The notes beneath the pieces are model-generated. The model had not been told where the DNA came from and ran no database searches. It saw nothing but the letters and a program-made list of their open reading frames with translations. Shown one piece after another: positions 1 to 13,268 of a stretch of DNA of 64,000 nt (position 1 is the stretch's first letter; every line of letters starts with the position of its first letter). Where the stretch lies: positions 16,800,971 to 16,864,970 of the forward strand of contig JARFYF010000053.1 in assembly GCA_030265395.1 (NCBI GenBank), read 5' to 3'. The position numbers were made by a program, and so were the translations under genes. The DNA is from Rhina ancylostomus. Lineage: Eukaryota.

Positions 1-269
1 TGATCATAAAACAAATCCCTGAGTTCCTGAAATGGCTTGCTATGGTTATGTAATAAGGGGGCAGCTCACTCTGCTAAGTTACGTGTGATCCTATCAGGAA
101 CCATGCAGGACTTGTTTTAGGTCATGGTTCTGGTTGCAAGTCACTAAAGCACCATTTCTACCACATCCTTGGCTAATTTTTGCAGGAGTCTGTTTGGATA
201 TTGGCACTATTTGGAGCACGTGTTAAGTGCACCAGAAAACAGTGAAATCTGGTATCTGAAATTGTAGAA

Positions 270-800
270 TTATTACAACAAAGAAGGCAAATTGAGCCAT
301 GAATTTTACATCAGCTCCTGGTAGAGCAATCCAGTCAGTCCCATTCCACAAGGATGTGCAGATTATTCTCTCTCAATTGTCTATCCAATTCCCATTGAAA
401 ACCTTTAATAATTTTGATACCTCCATGACTTCAAGCAGTGAGTTCCAGATTGTAACTAAGCTCTGCTCTTAAAAAAGTTTCTCCTTGGGTCCTCTTTCTG
501 CTTTCAGGTCCTTGTATCATCAGCTAATGGAAACAACTTCCATTTCTTTGAAATAAATATATCTTGCTTACCACTAGCCAAACTTTTCTTAACGTCCTTT
601 GCTCCATAGAGAATAACTCCAGCTTCTGCAGTCTAATCTTATAGCTGAAATCTCTCTTCCCTGGAACCATTTCAGAAAACCTTTTCTGCAGCCTCTCTGG
701 AACCTTCATTAGATGCAATACTCAGTTGTGGCCAGGATTGGATGCAACACTCAGCATGGCTAATCAGTGCTTTGAACACATTCAGAGGGACTTCCCTGCT
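270..800 (-). mobile_element. Old CR1-type LINE fragment
   Basis: Minus ORF ERLQKRFSEMVPGKRDFSYKIRLQKLELFSMEQR resembles the CR1 ORF2 C-terminus. Confidence 0.7.
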
Positions 801-975
801 CTTACAGGACTTTTCTTGGATTTTTGATTTTATTTCAGGTTTCCACCACCCATAGTATTTTGCTTTTGTACTTTGAAATAACTACCTCTTTTAAAATTAT
901 GACAGCATTTAACTTGATTTTTAAAAAAATCATGCTTCCTTTTATCCTTTTCTTTGTATTATGTTTGATGCTCAG

Positions 976-1081
976 GCCACTGCAGTCAGTAGTAGTGAAT
1001 GAAGACAACCCAGAAGTTGCTCGCATCACGTTCATCTTTGAGACAGTATGCAGAGCAGACTGCGAATTACATTTCCTGGTG
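976..1081 (+). CDS. ELAPOR1: ELAPOR1 (KIAA1324) internal coding exon, first of 11 in the window; gene begins upstream
   Basis: ctcag|G acceptor; encodes [35 protein letters not shown]; GTG|gtaagc donor. Resembles recalled human ELAPOR1 [23 protein letters not shown]. Confidence 0.93.
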
Positions 1082-1329
1082 GTAAGCTTTGCTGCATTCA
1101 TTTCTGTGCTAATATGGATAGAGCCTCATGTAATGTGTGGTGAGGGATGAAGATCATGGTTAATCCAGTGCTCTGCTGGTGTGTTGGGTTGGTCACAGAG
1201 TGAAGCTCCCTCAACACCATGGGTATCAGTACATGGTCCCACAATGGATGGAGGCAGCTTCGTTCTGCAGGACTTGGAGCATTTCATTTGTCTGCCATCT
1301 TTAACTATTCTTTAACCAGATGCCATTAA

Positions 1330-1930
1330 CAATATTTGATCAGGTCTTGAACTAAGGGAAGTTGACTACTCCCTCAAAGCTGCTGGGTAGGAAATTCCAG
1401 AATTTAGAAATAAAGTAATAATGGAAGACTGGTGATATATTTCCAAGTCAGGGTAGTGTGTGACATGGAGGCAACCTGCAGGTGATGGTGTTCTCATTTC
1501 ACCTACTACACCTGCCCTTCTTTGTGATAGAGATTCCAGGTTTGAGAAGTGCTGTCAGTAGCTTGGATGAGTAACTTCAGCACATTTTGCAGATGGTACA
1601 CACTGCAGCCACTGTAAACTGGTGGTGGAATGAATATTCAGTGCGGTTGATGGGCTGCTTTCTCCTGGATGGTGTTGAGCTTTCTGCAAGTTGCAGGAGC
1701 TGCACGCATTCAGGTAACTGAAGGATATTCGATTATACTCCTTTTCTTGTGCCTTGTAGATAGCAGAAAGATTCTGCAGTGTTAGGAGATGAGTTACTCA
1801 CCACAGAATACCAAGCCTCTGACTTGCTGTTGTAGCCACTCTATTTTTGTACAGGTCCAGTTGAGTTTCTCATAAATGGTGAGCTCCAGGATGCGGTGGT
1901 GGACTTGACAATGGTAATGCCACTGAAATT
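1330..1930 (-). mobile_element. CR1/L2-group LINE 3' fragment
   Basis: Shares motifs (ttccaagtcagggtagtgtgtgac, tggtgttctc) with the copy at ~55760-56070; related tail pieces at ~3710, ~19505, ~32750 and ~49845. Confidence 0.55.
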
Positions 1931-2174
1931 CCAGATTATTAACTGAGTTTATATTCCTCACTGCCTTGATGGGATTTGAACTTTGGTCTCTAGAATTTCT
2001 GTCCAGGCATCTGGATTATTAGTATAGTAACTTAACCAGTGAACCACTAATATAACCACAACTCAGCCTTGAAGAATTTGTTCAGTGCTTCAAATTTCCA
2101 CTCCGCTCTAGGTTACAGAATTCCACAGATTCATGACTTTCTGAAAGAAGAATTTGTCCTCTTCTCATAGCCAG

Positions 2175-2565
2175 CTAGGGCTTTTCTCTTTGGAGGATGA
2201 GAGGTGACTTGATGGAGGTGTACAAGATGATAAGAGGCACAGATCAAGTGGACAGTCAGAGACTTTTTCCTAGTGCAACAATGGCTAACATGAGGGGACA
2301 TAATTTTAAGGTGATTGGAGGAAGTTATAAGGGGGAATGACAGGGGTAAGTTTTTTACACAGAGTGTTGTGGGTGCGTGGGACGCACTGCCTGCAGAGGT
2401 TGTGGAGACAGATATATTAGGGACAGTTAAAAGACTCTTAGACACATGAATGATAGAAAAATAGGGGGCTATGTGGGAGGGAAGAGTTAGATAGATCTAG
2501 AGCAGGATAAAATGTCGGCACAACATTGCGGGCCGAAGGGCCTGGACTGTGCTGTAGTGTTCTGT
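2175..2565 (+). mobile_element. CR1 (HER1-like) LINE 3' end, relatively young
   Basis: ORF2 end (gttttttacacagagtgttgtgggtgcgtgg) and tail ggtcggca/tgtcggcacaacattgcgggccgaagggcctg; related to copies at ~29630 (+) and ~33760 (-). Confidence 0.8.
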
Positions 2566-2954
2566 CTTCTTAAATGGTTGACCCTTATTTTGAAACTATT
2601 CCTCTGGTTCTTGATTTCCCCTGAAGGGAGACATTCCACACAGTATTAACTGTCACGTTATGCCCAATTGTAATACTTAATAGCTCTTCATAGAGCCAGG
2701 GTGGAATATATTTGAACAATTTTTCAAAATAAATGAAGATCTGCAAACATAAGCTTCCTGAAATTATTGATGCTTTTATAATATACAGTATAAAATGACA
2801 AGTAGTTGTAAAGCATAAAGGAAGACCAAAAAAGACAACTGACCATGGTTATTAATATTTATTATTCTTGGGATCAAAGTGCTTTTCAGTAAAATATAGT
2901 AGGTTGTTTGGACTTTTTGTCTTAAAATCTTAAAATAATGTGTGTATATTTCAG

Positions 2955-3092
2955 GGGCCCACAGAAGAAAGTACAAGGTCAGTGGAAATCTGGAACGGCT
3001 CAAGAGAAAAACAGTCCTACACATATATTATTGAAAGAAGCATGCCGCTTACATTTGTCTGGACATTCCAACGCACTACTTCATTTGAAGAG
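2955..3092 (+). CDS. ELAPOR1: ELAPOR1 coding exon
   Basis: tttcag| acceptor; GPTEESTRSVEIWNGSREKQSYTYIIERSMPLTFVWTFQRTTSFEE; GAG|gtatat donor; 138 nt, phase 0-0. Confidence 0.93.
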
Positions 3093-4741
3093 GTATATTC
3101 CTATACTTTTTATTTGTTCATAGGTTGTGCCATGATGGAATTTAAACTCTTATCTCTGGACCAAAGATCCAGGTCTCTGGATACTAGTCCAGCTCTGGAG
3201 GCAAGAGCTTATTTTCGCTAACTTTGTATGTTTTTTGTTGCATTAGAATCTGGTACATGAACAGTTGCATTTTCATATGTAAACTACATTCAGCTGGGAT
3301 AAATGACCAGTTTGATGGCTTCAATTTTCACATCATCAAGATAAAGGTTAATGAAAGGATGAAATTACAAAATGTTATATGCTTCATTCAGGCATCAATT
3401 GTCTTACTCCAGTTTGAAATTATTTAACACCAGTTGTTCAATTTAGAGTATGTCAATAAAATTCTCAGGAAATCTTGGTATGAATTTCCATTGCAAAGGT
3501 TGGTTTGGAAACCTGTGGAAATTTCAGTATATATTATAATTAGGGGATTATTACTCATAGTTTCCAATTGTGTTAAGTTTCCAGGATTCTCATAATGTTC
3601 TTCATTATTTTCTTTCAAGTGTAAGCAGTAATCAATTTTATCCCTTAATGAAAATAAGCTATTATTTTAAAGAAAAAAGATGAATTAGTAGGTTTTTAAA
3701 ATTCATTTTTGGGATCTGGGCATTACTGGCAAGCCATTTATTGCACATCCCTAATTGCTCTTAATAAGACAGTGACGAGCTGCTTTCCTGAACTGCCGTA
3801 GCTCTTCTGATAAAGATACTCCAATAATGCTGTTGGATAGGAAGACCCAACTGCAATAATAAATTTCAGTGATTTTCTTTCATTTCATTGTTATAGTTAA
3901 GATTGTTGTTTATATCATAGCTAGTCACATCAAAGTACTTCAGATAGATTTTTAGAAGACTGAGACAAAATGCTGCTGTAATGGATTTGTGATGATTTCA
4001 ACAGCTGTCCTCTTCTAAGTGGCAGTACTATCTGAAACACATTATAAAAGTTAGGATAGCTTGGAGAAAGGAATCAAAGGGAAAGTGGAGATTGAGGTTA
4101 AAATTGGATTATGAGGCATGCAGTATTAGATTAAACTTCATTATATAATACAGTCCATTATAAGTTATTTTCTCCCTTAGTGTGAATGAGTTTTGCCTTT
4201 ATTTATGGTAAATGTAATTGGAATTGATGACATGTTCTTTGTTCTTGGCACTACTTGCTTCATGCAAGTAAAACTGGGCACCAAAGTCCTAAACAATTTA
4301 GTTTAACTAGTTTGAGGTTTGGTCACACATTGTCACTGGCCATGATTCCATAGCTCCAATTAACTGAGTAAAATATTCAAAATTTTATAAAGGCTTGTTT
4401 TCTAGAGACGTGAACAGAGAACAGACTGAGTGTCTGTCGCCTGACCAGAAGGCGCCTTTGAGCCTCAACAAGCAGAAAATTGGAGTTCTTACTATTTCCC
4501 TTTCTGTCAATGGCAATTTTTTAAATTGCTTTTCTCTTTGCTTTCACATTTTTATCTAAAATTTATGGCTGATCTGTTTTCCCTGTGTTATAACAGTAGT
4601 TTAATTTGCTGTCATTTGAATGTTTCAAAAGAAATGAGAAAGGAGTTGTAAAAATTCAGTCTTTTTAAAAATTTCTTTTGCTTTGAGTTTGTAAAAATAC
4701 TTCTGATATATATATATTTATTATGGTGTTTAATGTTTCAG

Positions 4742-5005
4742 AGCCGAAAATATTCATCTGATGTGGCCAAAATCTACTCCATCAATGTGACCAATGTAGT
4801 TGGAGGTGTTGCATCGTACTGTGGACCATGCGCCCTTGAGTCAACTGCCTCAGGATCTTTATGTGTGACGTGCACTTCAGGACAGTACGTTGACAAGGAA
4901 ATCAACAAATGTCTGGCATGCCCACCAAACACACACCTCAAAGCCCATCATTACGTTGGAAAGGAGTCTTGTATCCCATGTGGACCTGGTACCCAAAGTA
5001 ATTTG
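4742..5005 (+). CDS. ELAPOR1: ELAPOR1 coding exon (Cys-rich ectodomain repeat)
   Basis: tttcag|AGC; SRKYSSDVAKIYSINVTNVVGGVASYCGPCALE...CIPCGPGTQSNL; TTG|gtaaag; 264 nt. Confidence 0.95.
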
Positions 5006-7030
5006 GTAAAGAGTTGCTACTCATGTTTTTAGATGAACCTAATATCCTTGCCGATAAACAAACTAATACATAGCATTGGCATTAAGCTTTTTCAGGTCAA
5101 GTATTACATAAAATAGCTGCAGAGTAAATCTTATTATTTCTGTTCTGGAATCTCTAATATACATGCCTGACCTTGAATATGAAGAAAAATAAGACAATTT
5201 TATGCTTTAGGTTCCTTTTTTTTTGGGAATTATGTTGTCCATTCTAAAATAAGCATGTGTAGAGTATAGAAAGTAGAAAAGGAGAAAACATTAAAATGTT
5301 TTCATTCATTGTGATTCTTGGCACCCTGCTTTAGTTGGATATGCCCCTTATTATCAGCTGTAGAGACTTGAGATTTAACATGCAACCTCCTCACCCAGTG
5401 CTTACCCAAACAGCACAGGAAGTGCATTAACCAAGAATCTCTACACAGTTGTGATGCTTTAGGCAACAACCTATGATGCGACTATGATCTTTGAGTTGAT
5501 GAGAAAGAAACTTAAAGAAATCGATTATCAGTCTTGGCTGATCATTCATTCTCATACATAACCTTTATTTTTATGTCACTTTCTTGATTTGTCAGTGAAG
5601 ACATCAAAATCTTTCACCTGCTGGGTGGTATATGGAGTGCAGTAAGCTTAAAATGCATTTTTGTGCTGAACTGTTACAAAATGGAATTGTAATATATGGA
5701 TTCTCCACCTCCATTCCTGTCACAGTCAGCTGGAACTCCTCAGGAGTCGGTGAGCCAATGGGAAATGTCCCCTGAGGGAGATTAGAAAATTTGAATGTTC
5801 ATTTATATTTTGTGTCAAGAGATACCCTCCTTCACAGTTAGAGAGTGGGAATCAGGGCTTTTTGTGGATTGAGGAGAATATAAAATTGAAAGTGATTGTA
5901 GAGAAATAAATACACAGGATGGCAACTAGTATAATAGATTACTATTGTCATCCAACATTTTACTTAGCAGGCAGTTCTTAAACATTTTGAAGATCCAACA
6001 TTTAATATCAGTTAAGAGTTTTAATTTGTGTGTCACATTATGTAATACTTGCAAAAGTGGTCCAGCTGTACTGGGATTGCCGTTTCAGGAAGTTAGAAAT
6101 TCAATATGTTCAGAAGAATTAAACCAAAGGGAATACCTGCGGGTTATAGGGGCTGAAAGAACAAATAGGGTAAATTAGGAGGTGCTGATAATATCATCTT
6201 TGGTTGTAAGAAACTTGAAGATTTGAAGAGGTAGGGAAAGACTGAGAGAAATGACATAAACTGTAGTTTTGAAGCCTTGAGATGGGGATCTGCAGTCAAG
6301 ATGACAGCACCATGCAGATATAGGCAGTAGGCAACGCAGTACAATTTTGGACAAAGCTTTGAAAAAAAAGGGAAAATATCTCGGAGAAAATAATAAATTT
6401 GCATTTATCGTGCCTAAAGTTACGTTGAATTTTTTCTTAGTTAATGAATTGCTGTTGAAGTGCTACCATGTTTGCTGATATAGTTGTTAGTGCTTCCTCC
6501 GGCCCTCTTCTCCTCCTCGCGCCTCCCCCCATCAAATTTGCCATTATCTCTTACTCTTAAAAAGCCACCTTGGCCTAACTTCATGAAGTACCTCCAACAC
6601 CTCACCTGCATCTCCATCCTCTGTTTCTGCTCCAAAGTCTCTGAAGGTACAAATGCCACCTAAATAAATAATAAATCTTTCTTGTGTTATTTCATTCTGT
6701 AGTAAGATTTTCTCCCCTGCCACACCACTGAAAGTCCCCATCTGCAGTGTATGCCACTATAGTGGAGGAAACTCCACCTTCTCATCTTCCTCAATTCACT
6801 TGCAACTTAGCCACAATCTAACGTCACTCCACCATCTTGCAATGGGAAAGGATCACTCTAACCTGGTTCCCTTCCAATCAATTAACGTAGCCAGAGAATC
6901 ATATGCAACCACTTTTCAAGTCATTGGTCAGGTGGGACAATTTATTTGAAGTGTGGTCTAACATGTTGAATTAAAAATGACCTGATTGTAATATCTACAT
7001 GCTGATGTTTTGTATATCTTCCTTTCTCAG

Positions 7031-7204
7031 AACCACACTCTGTGTTACAATGACTGCAGATTTGTGTATCGAGAAGGGCATAAGTCTTGGGAGTACAACT
7101 TCAATAAACTCAGCCAGGCCACCAGCTTTGCAAGTGAACCCCACTTTACTCCAAAAGGAGCACGGTTCTTTCACCATTTTAATATTAGCTTGTGTGGGGA
7201 TCAG
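7031..7204 (+). CDS. ELAPOR1: ELAPOR1 coding exon
   Basis: ttctcag|AAC; NHTLCYNDC...PHFTPKGARFFHHFNISLCGDQ; CAG|gtaagg; 174 nt. Confidence 0.95.
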
Positions 7205-7308
7205 GTAAGGAGCAAACCTTTCCATGCCATCAGTGACTCTGCTTTCTCATGTTTTCTATACATGTACCCTCATGACACTAGTTAAATACTTCCACTGTTT
7301 TACTTAAG

Positions 7309-7486
7309 GGAAGGAAATTGGCCTCTTGTGTGGATAATGTAACACTCAATGACATCTTTGAGGATGAAGGCATTGCCAAATCTGTCACATCTTATATCTG
7401 CCAGTCTACACTTGTTCCATCCGATCTGATGGGACTTAGGACCATTATGTCATCCCAGCCCATCAATCTAGCTGATCATTTGATAG
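7309..7486 (+). CDS. ELAPOR1: ELAPOR1 coding exon
   Basis: ttaag|GGA; GRKLASCVDNVT...SSQPINLADHLI; G|gtaagt; 178 nt; preceded by a 104-nt intron. Confidence 0.93.
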
Positions 7487-8618
7487 GTAAGTGTTTTATA
7501 AAAAGCTACATCTACAAATGCACATTGCTCTGCCCAAATGGATATGTGAATAGGTTTAAAAAACTTTTCAGAGTAGACATATCAGTATAGAAAATCACTG
7601 TAGCGTAATCCAAAGATAGCAATTGCAAAATATTTATGTTTTCTTGTTGTTCTAAGCAGCAGCTATATGCAGGCAAGAACAAAGATGAGAACTTGGTGTT
7701 TCTCTTTAAGTTGAACAGAGGGCACATTATTTAGCACGTAGAATAACAAACTATTTTGTTCTCTGTGGGTGTGATGCCCAGACACCTGGCACTGCCAGGC
7801 ATGCACTAAAGTGTTAAAAGGCATGCATTGTAACGTGGAGCATTGTGATGCCATTGGTGCTAAAGGGGTCTCATGTTACTTGGTACACTGCCAGAAAATC
7901 CTCACTCTTTTAGTTTCCGTGTGGATCCACTTTTATATGATTTTCTTAGTGTTCACTCCCATCTCTTTGTTCCTCTGTCACTGTGTCATATTCTGTGGGG
8001 ACCCTGATCTCTTGACTGCTTGAACCCTACCACCCCTGATCATTTGGCCACATGATGCCTAGTGATCTCAATCTCTTGTCTCCCTGGTGACTTCTGATCA
8101 TAGTTACCACCAACCTCTGTCCAACAATCACCTATCCAGCTGATGCTGATCATAGATTATCTGGGCAATCAGTGGAGGGGATGGGTGGGTTCAAAGACAT
8201 TGGGGGTGGATGGATTGGAAGACCCAACAATGACTGCATTTGATAAATAATTATTCTCCTTAAAGAAAATATGCTTGAAGCAGGTTCCCTTTAGGTAATG
8301 ATAAAGCAGGTCTCACCATTGTTGTGAAATCCTTCTTCAAAGTATGTGGCTGGTGCCATTCCAAATACTGGAAATGGACCAAGTTAAGGGCACATGCTTT
8401 GAGGACATACAGAGGATCCAAAAGGAAACTCCTAGACTTCATGAACTTGCAGTAAATTTACAATTTTTCTTTACTATTCTATTCATTGAAGTGACATCAC
8501 ATAGTGCATCACAATTTGGTGCAGTGAGATTCAATGATCTTCCTCCATCATTGATAGAAGCTACTGGTAACACACATGAATTGCACCTAATCTTCTAATC
8601 TTCAATTTATATTTTCAG

Positions 8619-8718
8619 GAGTAACTACTCAAACAGAGTTTGATAATATTACAGCTGCAGCTGATCTCTTTCCAGGGAAAATACATGAAGCATTACCTGA
8701 TATTATCTTTTTTTACAG
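8619..8718 (+). CDS. ELAPOR1: ELAPOR1 coding exon (not in the ORF track)
   Basis: ttttcag|GA; (G)VTTQTEFDNITAAADLFPGKIHEALPDIIFFY(R); AG|gtaagt; 100 nt; phases 1 and 2 fit the neighbouring exons. Confidence 0.92.
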
Positions 8719-9136
8719 GTAAGTGATTTGCATTTGTTTGCTCAAAGCATGCCTTGATACTAGAGTTTTGAAGAATAACCAGGGTAAAATTGGATCCCTT
8801 TGCAGTTACTTTCTAGACGGAAGATACATTAACATTGCCCATTTAGGATGGAGAGATGATGGCAATTCCCCACATCTTAATTCAATGCCATATTGGTTCA
8901 GGAAGAGCAGAGGAAAATCAGCCACTTGACTAAAATAGGGGTCATGGCCCTTGAATATATTAAATAGGGGCCTTGGGATTTTTTTTGCACCTAAACCTGA
9001 ATGCAGGGGTCATTTTCTTGTTGCATTCAGGATTATTTGAATTATGTGTTACCTGGCTGTTATTCTGGGGCCTTTGGAGACCACCAGCCGAAAGGTACGT
9101 TTTTAAAGAAGTTACATTATCATGGANNNNNNNNNN

Positions 9137-9455
9137 CATTCGGCCCACCAAGTCCATACTGACCATCAACCACCCATTTTGACTAATCCTTTGTAAATCC
9201 CATTTAATAATCTCGCTACATTTTCATCAGCTCCCCTTGAATTCTACCACTCATTTACATACTAGGGACAATTTACAGTGGTCATATAACCAATAATGTC
9301 TGCGATGTGGGAGGAAACAGGAGCACCAGGAGGAAACCCATGCTTTTAGTGGGAGAACATTTAAACTCCACAGAGAGAGCACCCGAGGTCAGGATTGAAC
9401 CCACATCGCTGGCACTGTGTGGCAGCATCTCTGCTAGCTGCACCACTGCACCACC
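9137..9455 (-). mobile_element. V-SINE (HE1-like tRNA-derived SINE)
   Basis: Reverse strand reads ggtgcagtgg..gggttcaatcctgacctcgggtgct..gtggagttt..gggtttcctcctggtgctcc..cctcccacatc: Pol III B-box plus V-domain core. Confidence 0.8.
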
Positions 9456-9828
9456 CAGGTCCTCCTGCTGGCTTTTGTCCTGAGGCACACCCACTCCACA
9501 ATCCAGACATGCAGCATTTTCAGATAGTTGGACTTATTGGTGAAAGGAACAAGTATTGGGCTACCCCTCCTTCCAAAGGAAATGGCTTATCTCTTGCTTC
9601 AGTTCATTCTAGCTCCTGAAGCCAGCCTGAAACAGTCATGGATGTCCATGAGCTGAAGACATGACTCTGGGTCAGACCAAAAGACATTATAGGGAGATCA
9701 TAACCTGAGTACCTTTGGGATAGTCATTTTCTGATAACTGTATGTGATAATGTTTGATTGCTTCACAGAGAAGATGTATTCATTTGTAAAGGGTCCAATT
9801 AATGACACTTTTTCTTTGTATTTCACAG

Positions 9829-9930
9829 ATCTACTGAATCAACACAGACTTGCAAAAATGGGAGAGCTTCCACAGTAAGACTGAGATGCAACCCTGGAAG
9901 TGTCGGTTCAGGAACCATTTCTGTGCCAAA
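9829..9930 (+). CDS. ELAPOR1: ELAPOR1 coding exon (not in the ORF track)
   Basis: tttcacag|A; STESTQTCKNGRASTVRLRCNPGSVGSGTISVP; AA|gtaatg; 102 nt, phase 2-2. Confidence 0.92.
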
Positions 9931-10654
9931 GTAATGCTTAGGATTCTTTAACTAATAATATTAAGGGTGTAGATCATGCTAGTATAATGTGGTGCAGATT
10001 TATAAATGTCCTTCTCTGATCACATCAGACTTCAATTTCAGAAATATAAACAGATGCAGCTCTCAGCTGTGTGGGTACTGATGTGTAAAAAGGGAATCCT
10101 GTGCATGACAAACCATTCAAATGTAAAAAAAAATGCATGATTTGTAACATGGTATCATAGCAACTGGTGCTAATTTCAAATAGGGGTTGTATCCAGGTGA
10201 TGGTCGTAGTTCTGTCAGCCAATAGTATTTAAGCTAAACCTGTGAATGTGCAGTGCAGGTGAAATGTTTCATCAAGGGCAAAGCTGACACGTCACACTCT
10301 TACTTTTGAATCCTTAATGATTAACAAGATGAGTTGTACATTTAATACAGACCAGGAAAAATACAAAAAGAAATGTGAAGGATCTATTTCATTAATTTTC
10401 AAGTTAATGTTTTTCTTGTCCGCTTGAATCACCAGTACTAGTGGTAATTAAAAGCAATAAAATATAATTTACCAATATATAACTTCAAAATCCAGAGCTA
10501 ACAGCAGCCTAAATGTTGCAAGCTTAACTCAAAGTGACCTCTAGTGGCAATTTCAGAACCCAACAGGACCTAGCAGATTTCCTGTTCAGTCTTTGCAGGT
10601 TGAATTTCAGCCATCCTGGTTCTTTAATTCAAACCTACCACTATCAAGGCAACA

Positions 10655-12860
10655 TTAGAACAGAAGAGAACACGAACAGGCCCTTTGGCCCATGATGTCT
10701 GTGCTGAACATGATGCCAAATTAAACTAATCCCTTCTGCCTGCATATGATCCACATCCCTTCATTCCCTGCATATCCATGTGCCTCTCTTAAAGCCTCTT
10801 GAATGCCACAATCGTATCTGCTTTCACTACCACCCTTGGCAGTGTGTCGCAGTCACCTACCACGCTCTGTGTAAAATTTGTCCTGCACATCCCCTTTAAA
10901 TTTTCTCCCTCTCACCTTAAAGGTATGTCCTCTAGTATTCAACATTTCTATCTGGGAGAAAGATCTGACTGTCTACCTGCCTTTGCCACTCATAATTTTA
11001 TAAACTTCTATCAGGTCTCCCCTCAGCATCTGACTCTCCAGAGAAAACAATCAAGTTTCTCTAATCTATCCTTATAGCTAATAACCTCTAATCCAGGCAG
11101 CATTCTGGTCAACATTTTCTGAACCCTCTCCAATGCCTCCACTTCCTTCCTGAAATGGGGTGACCAGAACTTCATGCCATAGTCCAAATGTGGCCCAGCC
11201 AAGGTTCTATACAAATGCAACATGATTTCCTGACTATTATACACTAAGCCCCTAGTGATGAATGCAAGCATGGCATTATGCCTATTTTACAACTCTACTT
11301 TCAAAGAGATATGGACTTGGACCCCAAGATGCCTCTGTACATGGTTAGTGTAATGCTATTACAGTGCCAGTGATCGGGGTTCAATTCCGGCCACTGTCTG
11401 TAAGGAGTTTGTATGTTCTCCCCATGACTGTGTGGGTTTCCACTGGGTGCTCCAGTTTCCTCCTACATTCCAAAGACATACGGGTTAGGAAGTTGTGGGC
11501 ATGCTATGTTGGTGCCAGAAGCGTGGTGATACTTGAAAGCTGCCCCCAGAACACTCTATGCAAAAGATGTATTTCACTGTGTGTTTCGACATACATGTGA
11601 CTAATACAGTTATCTTACATCAATGCTGTTAAGGGTCCTGTCATTAGCTGTATACTTGTAAGAGGACCTCCCAAAATGCAACACCTCGCAGTTGCCTGGA
11701 TTAAATCCCATCTAACATTTCTCTTCCCATAACTGTAACTGATCGATATCCTGCTATATCCTTTGATGACCTTCTTCATTGTCCACAACTTCACCAATTT
11801 TTTTGTCATCTGCAAAGTTACTAACCAACCCTTCTACATTTTCATCCAAGTCCTTTATATATTTCACAAACAACAGAGGTCCCAAAACTGATCACTGCAG
11901 AATACCACTGGTCACAGACCTCCAGCCAGAATAGCACCCTTTCACCACTACTCTTTTAGGGATAAGCCAATTCTGTAACCAAACATCGAGTCACCGTGGA
12001 TCCCATGCATCTCAATCTTCCTGATTAATTTACCATGAGGGACCTTGTCAAACACCCTATTAAAGTCCATGCTGTACCCTCCTCAATCACCTTGGTCACC
12101 TCCTGAAAAAACTCAGTCAAGGTTGTAACACATGACCTGCCCTGCACAAAGCCATACTGACTGTCCTTAATTATCCCATGTTTTTCCAAATGAGAGTAAA
12201 TCCAATCCCTAAGAATCCTCTCCAATAGCTTCCATGCCAGTGATGTGAGGCTCACTGGACTATAATTTCCTGGATTATCCCTATTTTCCCTCTTAAGAAA
12301 AGGAATAACATTGGCTACTCCTTACTTCTCTAGGACCTTGCCTGCAGCTGAAGAGGATCTTTACCAAAGCCCTCGCTTGCCTCTCTTAACAACTTGGGAT
12401 CGATCCCTTGAGGCCCAGGGGAATTTTCCACCTTAATGCTCTTGAAGAGACCCAAAACCATCTCCTTCTTGATCTCAAAATGCCTTAGTATATCAGAATA
12501 CCCCATACTGATCTCCCTATCCTCCATATCATGAGTGAATAATGATGCAAAGTACTTGTTTAGTATTTTGCTGATATCTTCTGATGCTAAGCATAACTTT
12601 CCTCCTTTGTCCTTGAGTAATTCTACCCTCTCCCTAAGTACCCTTTTATTTTTAATGTATGTAAAAAATGCCTTGGAGTTCTCTTTAATCCTACTTGCCA
12701 AGGACATTCCGTGTCCCTTTTGACCCTCCTAATTCCTTGCTTGAGTTCCATTTGGCTTTCTATATATTCGTCAAAAGCCCTGTCTGATTTCAGCTTCCTA
12801 CATCTTACATATGCTTCCTTTTTCTTTTTGACTAAATTTACAACCTCTCTTGTCATCCAA
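10655..12860 (-). mobile_element. CR1-type LINE, ~2.2 kb 5'-truncated, interrupted by a SINE
   Basis: Minus ORFs with RT-region motifs SLTSLAWKLLERILRDWIYSHLEKHGIIKDSQYGFVQGRSC, LYRTLAGPHLDYGMKFWSPHFRKEVEALERVQK and IKENSKAFFTYIKNKR. Confidence 0.9.
11343..11615 (+). mobile_element. V-SINE nested in CR1
   Basis: ggggttcaattcc B-box and gagtttgtatgttctccc..gtgggtttcc V-core; flanked by TACAT at 11338-11342 and 11616-11620. Confidence 0.82.
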
Positions 12861-13141
12861 TGAAACATATGAATAAAAATGAGATGTATCAATAATATTT
12901 GGATTATTGGGATGAGAATTTTAAAAACAAATTGGGAGATGGGTAGATTTGTAATTGAAATGGAAACTGGGTGGTCTGCTTTTCCAGTTCATATCCACCC
13001 AGCAATTTGGAAATATCTGCTCCATTCTTCCAACTGGTTCAGTATCATCACCTCTGGTGGAGAAACCAAATATGTTAGCTTGGCATGGGTGAAAATGATC
13101 ATAGTTCACTTTTCTAAAGCTGCCTTTTGCTGCGTTGACAG

Positions 13142-13268
13142 AAAGTGCCAAGAAGGAACGTGTGATGGTTGTACCTTTCACTTCCTGTGGGAAACAGCAG
13201 AGGCTTGTCCTCTTTGTTCAAAGAGTGATTATCACGAGATAGTGGGAGCATGCATTAATGGAATTCAG
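13142..13268 (+). CDS. ELAPOR1: ELAPOR1 coding exon
   Basis: gacag|A; [42 protein letters not shown]; CAG|gtatca; 127 nt. Confidence 0.95.

Noticed and set aside
3155-3195. Imperfect palindrome ctggaccaaagatccaggtctctggatactagtccag
   Set aside because: Similar sequence occurs at ~1985-2025 as part of a dispersed repeat; not a unique structure.
9380-9455. tRNA-like A/B boxes here and in similar copies
   Set aside because: These are heads of tRNA-derived SINEs that continue into the V-domain; no complete cloverleaf was seen.
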